Under the pieces are notes generated by a model. It was not told where the DNA came from. It did not search any database and was given only the letters and a program-made list of their open reading frames with translations. A DNA stretch of 64,000 nucleotides from Eledone cirrhosa (Eukaryota), in NCBI GenBank assembly GCA_964016885.1, contig OZ024742.1, positions 279,434,001-279,498,000 of the forward strand, read 5' to 3'. Below, piece after piece: positions 62,850 through 64,000 of this stretch. How positions within the stretch are numbered: the first letter of the stretch is position 1; every line of letters begins with the position of its first letter. The translations under genes and the position numbers were made by a program.

Positions 62850-64000
62850 ATGCTAATCAAAGACCAACTCCCCATGTCAACCAAGAACATACCAATACCA
62901 TCCAGGAATACATATGAGAAATTGCTGATCAACAGTGTAAATTCATTTATCAATAGAGTGAGATGGAGGACATTCCATTATGATAGAAACAAATCTAACA
63001 ACTTGAATAATACTAACAATTTTGACTCCTTCGGCTTTAAAACCTTTAAAAGCCCCCCTCATAACACTCTACTTAACTCCTTTGAAAATGACCTAGTTAA
63101 ACTAGTTAAGAACATTAAATACAATAAGCACCATATTAGAAGCAACACCTTCTTAAACAAACTTAACACTTCTATTAGTGGATTCAAAACTAGTAATAAA
63201 ATTATTGTACACGCAGATAAAACTAATAACATATACAGCCTAGATTATATTACTTATAGAAAGTTTATATATAATGAACTACATAAAAGCTACAAAAAAA
63301 CCACCTTGAAAAACTTAGAAGATATTAATGTAGAGGGTTATAATATAGTGTCTAAACTAGGACTACAAAGGCATACACAACCTTTCACTCCGAACCCCCC
63401 TAGATTCTCTCTGAAGGACCATAAGGAGAACTTCATCAGCAACCCCACGATAAGACTTATCTGCCCTTCCAAGTCCGACATTGGTATTATCAGCAAGAAG
63501 ATTTTGGATAAAATCATCCCACAAATTAAACATAAGATACACCTTAAACAATGGGGAAATACAGGTGAAGTAATTGAATGGTTCAAGGATATCAAGAATA
63601 ATAAGAACAAAAAATTTATTCAATTTGATATCAATTCATACTACACCTCTATTTCCCCTATCCTATTAAATAAGGCACTTATCATGGCCATGACCAATAG
63701 CGACCTGACTAGAGCCCAGGTTGAAGTCATCCTTGCGGCCCGTAAAACCATAATCACCTTCGAGGACCAACTATGGACACGCAAGGATACGCACAACAAC
63801 TTCGACATAACCATGGGATCTAGTGACTCGGCGCAGGTCACTGATTTGGTCGGCCTATACCTCCTCAATGAAATCCATAAAGACCTCCCTTACCTCAACG
63901 GTGGTTTGTACCGCGATGATGCACTTCTACTCATAGAATATAAAAAATTTAATATAGAAAGAACTAGAAAACAACTGCATAAGACATTCAAAAACTTTAA
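62850..64000 (+). CDS. PLE polyprotein N-terminus and RT, open to the window edge (not in the ORF track)
   Basis: ATG at 62850: MLIKDQLPMSTKNIPIPSRNTYEKLLINSVNSFINRVRWRTFHY...FGFKTFKSPP..FENDLVKLVKNIK...ADKT...GLYRDD. No stop seen up to 64000. Confidence 0.9.
   Translation, partial: MLIKDQLPMSTKNIPIPSRNTYEKLLINSVNSFINRVRWRTFHYDRNKSNNLNNTNNFDSFGFKTFKSPPHNTLLNSFENDLVKLVKNIKYNKHHIRSNTFLNKLNTSISGFKTSNKIIVHADKTNNIYSLDYITYRKFIYNELHKSYKKTTLKNLEDINVEGYNIVSKLGLQRHTQPFTPNPPRFSLKDHKENFISNPTIRLICPSKSDIGIISKKILDKIIPQIKHKIHLKQWGNTGEVIEWFKDIKNNKNKKFIQFDINSYYTSISPILLNKALIMAMTNSDLTRAQVEVILAARKTIITFEDQLWTRKDTHNNFDITMGSSDSAQVTDLVGLYLLNEIHKDLPYLNGGLYRDDALLLIEYKKFNIERTRKQLHKTFKNF

Overview
Eukaryotic, AT-rich, microsatellite-saturated DNA. 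The SINE and repeat landscape looks octopod (cephalopod), which is an inference. I see no host protein-coding exon, and most listed ORFs are translations of (TA)n/(CA)n/(GA)n repeats. The window is a nested stack of mobile elements: a non-autonomous Helitron, a decayed Rep/Helicase Helitron, an internally deleted Sola2-like DNA transposon, a decayed Tc1/mariner transposase, a mariner-type MITE, five L1/Tx1-clade LINE pieces, an RTE-like remnant, over a dozen tRNA-derived SINE copies, and many Penelope-like elements (PLEs). The PLEs include a very young Naiad-like element arranged head-to-head with apparently identical arms at 58.9-64 kb. The main signal is about 20 hammerhead-ribozyme (HHR) motifs, intact or degenerate, from roughly ten families. 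Most lie in short, ORF-less fold-back palindromes inserted in (TA)n, with the symmetry axis at or just 5' of the ribozyme. They include non-canonical forms: a U3-A8 covariant core (UUGAAAA) with compensatory stem changes, a recurrent U4C core (CCGANGA), and stem II expanded to 60-90 nt while stem III is a minimal palindrome. The dominant SINE appears to share its 3' tail with the Tx1 LINE, and one Tx1 subfamily appears to target TATCTATATAT sites. All structures were read by eye; no folding or database search was run.
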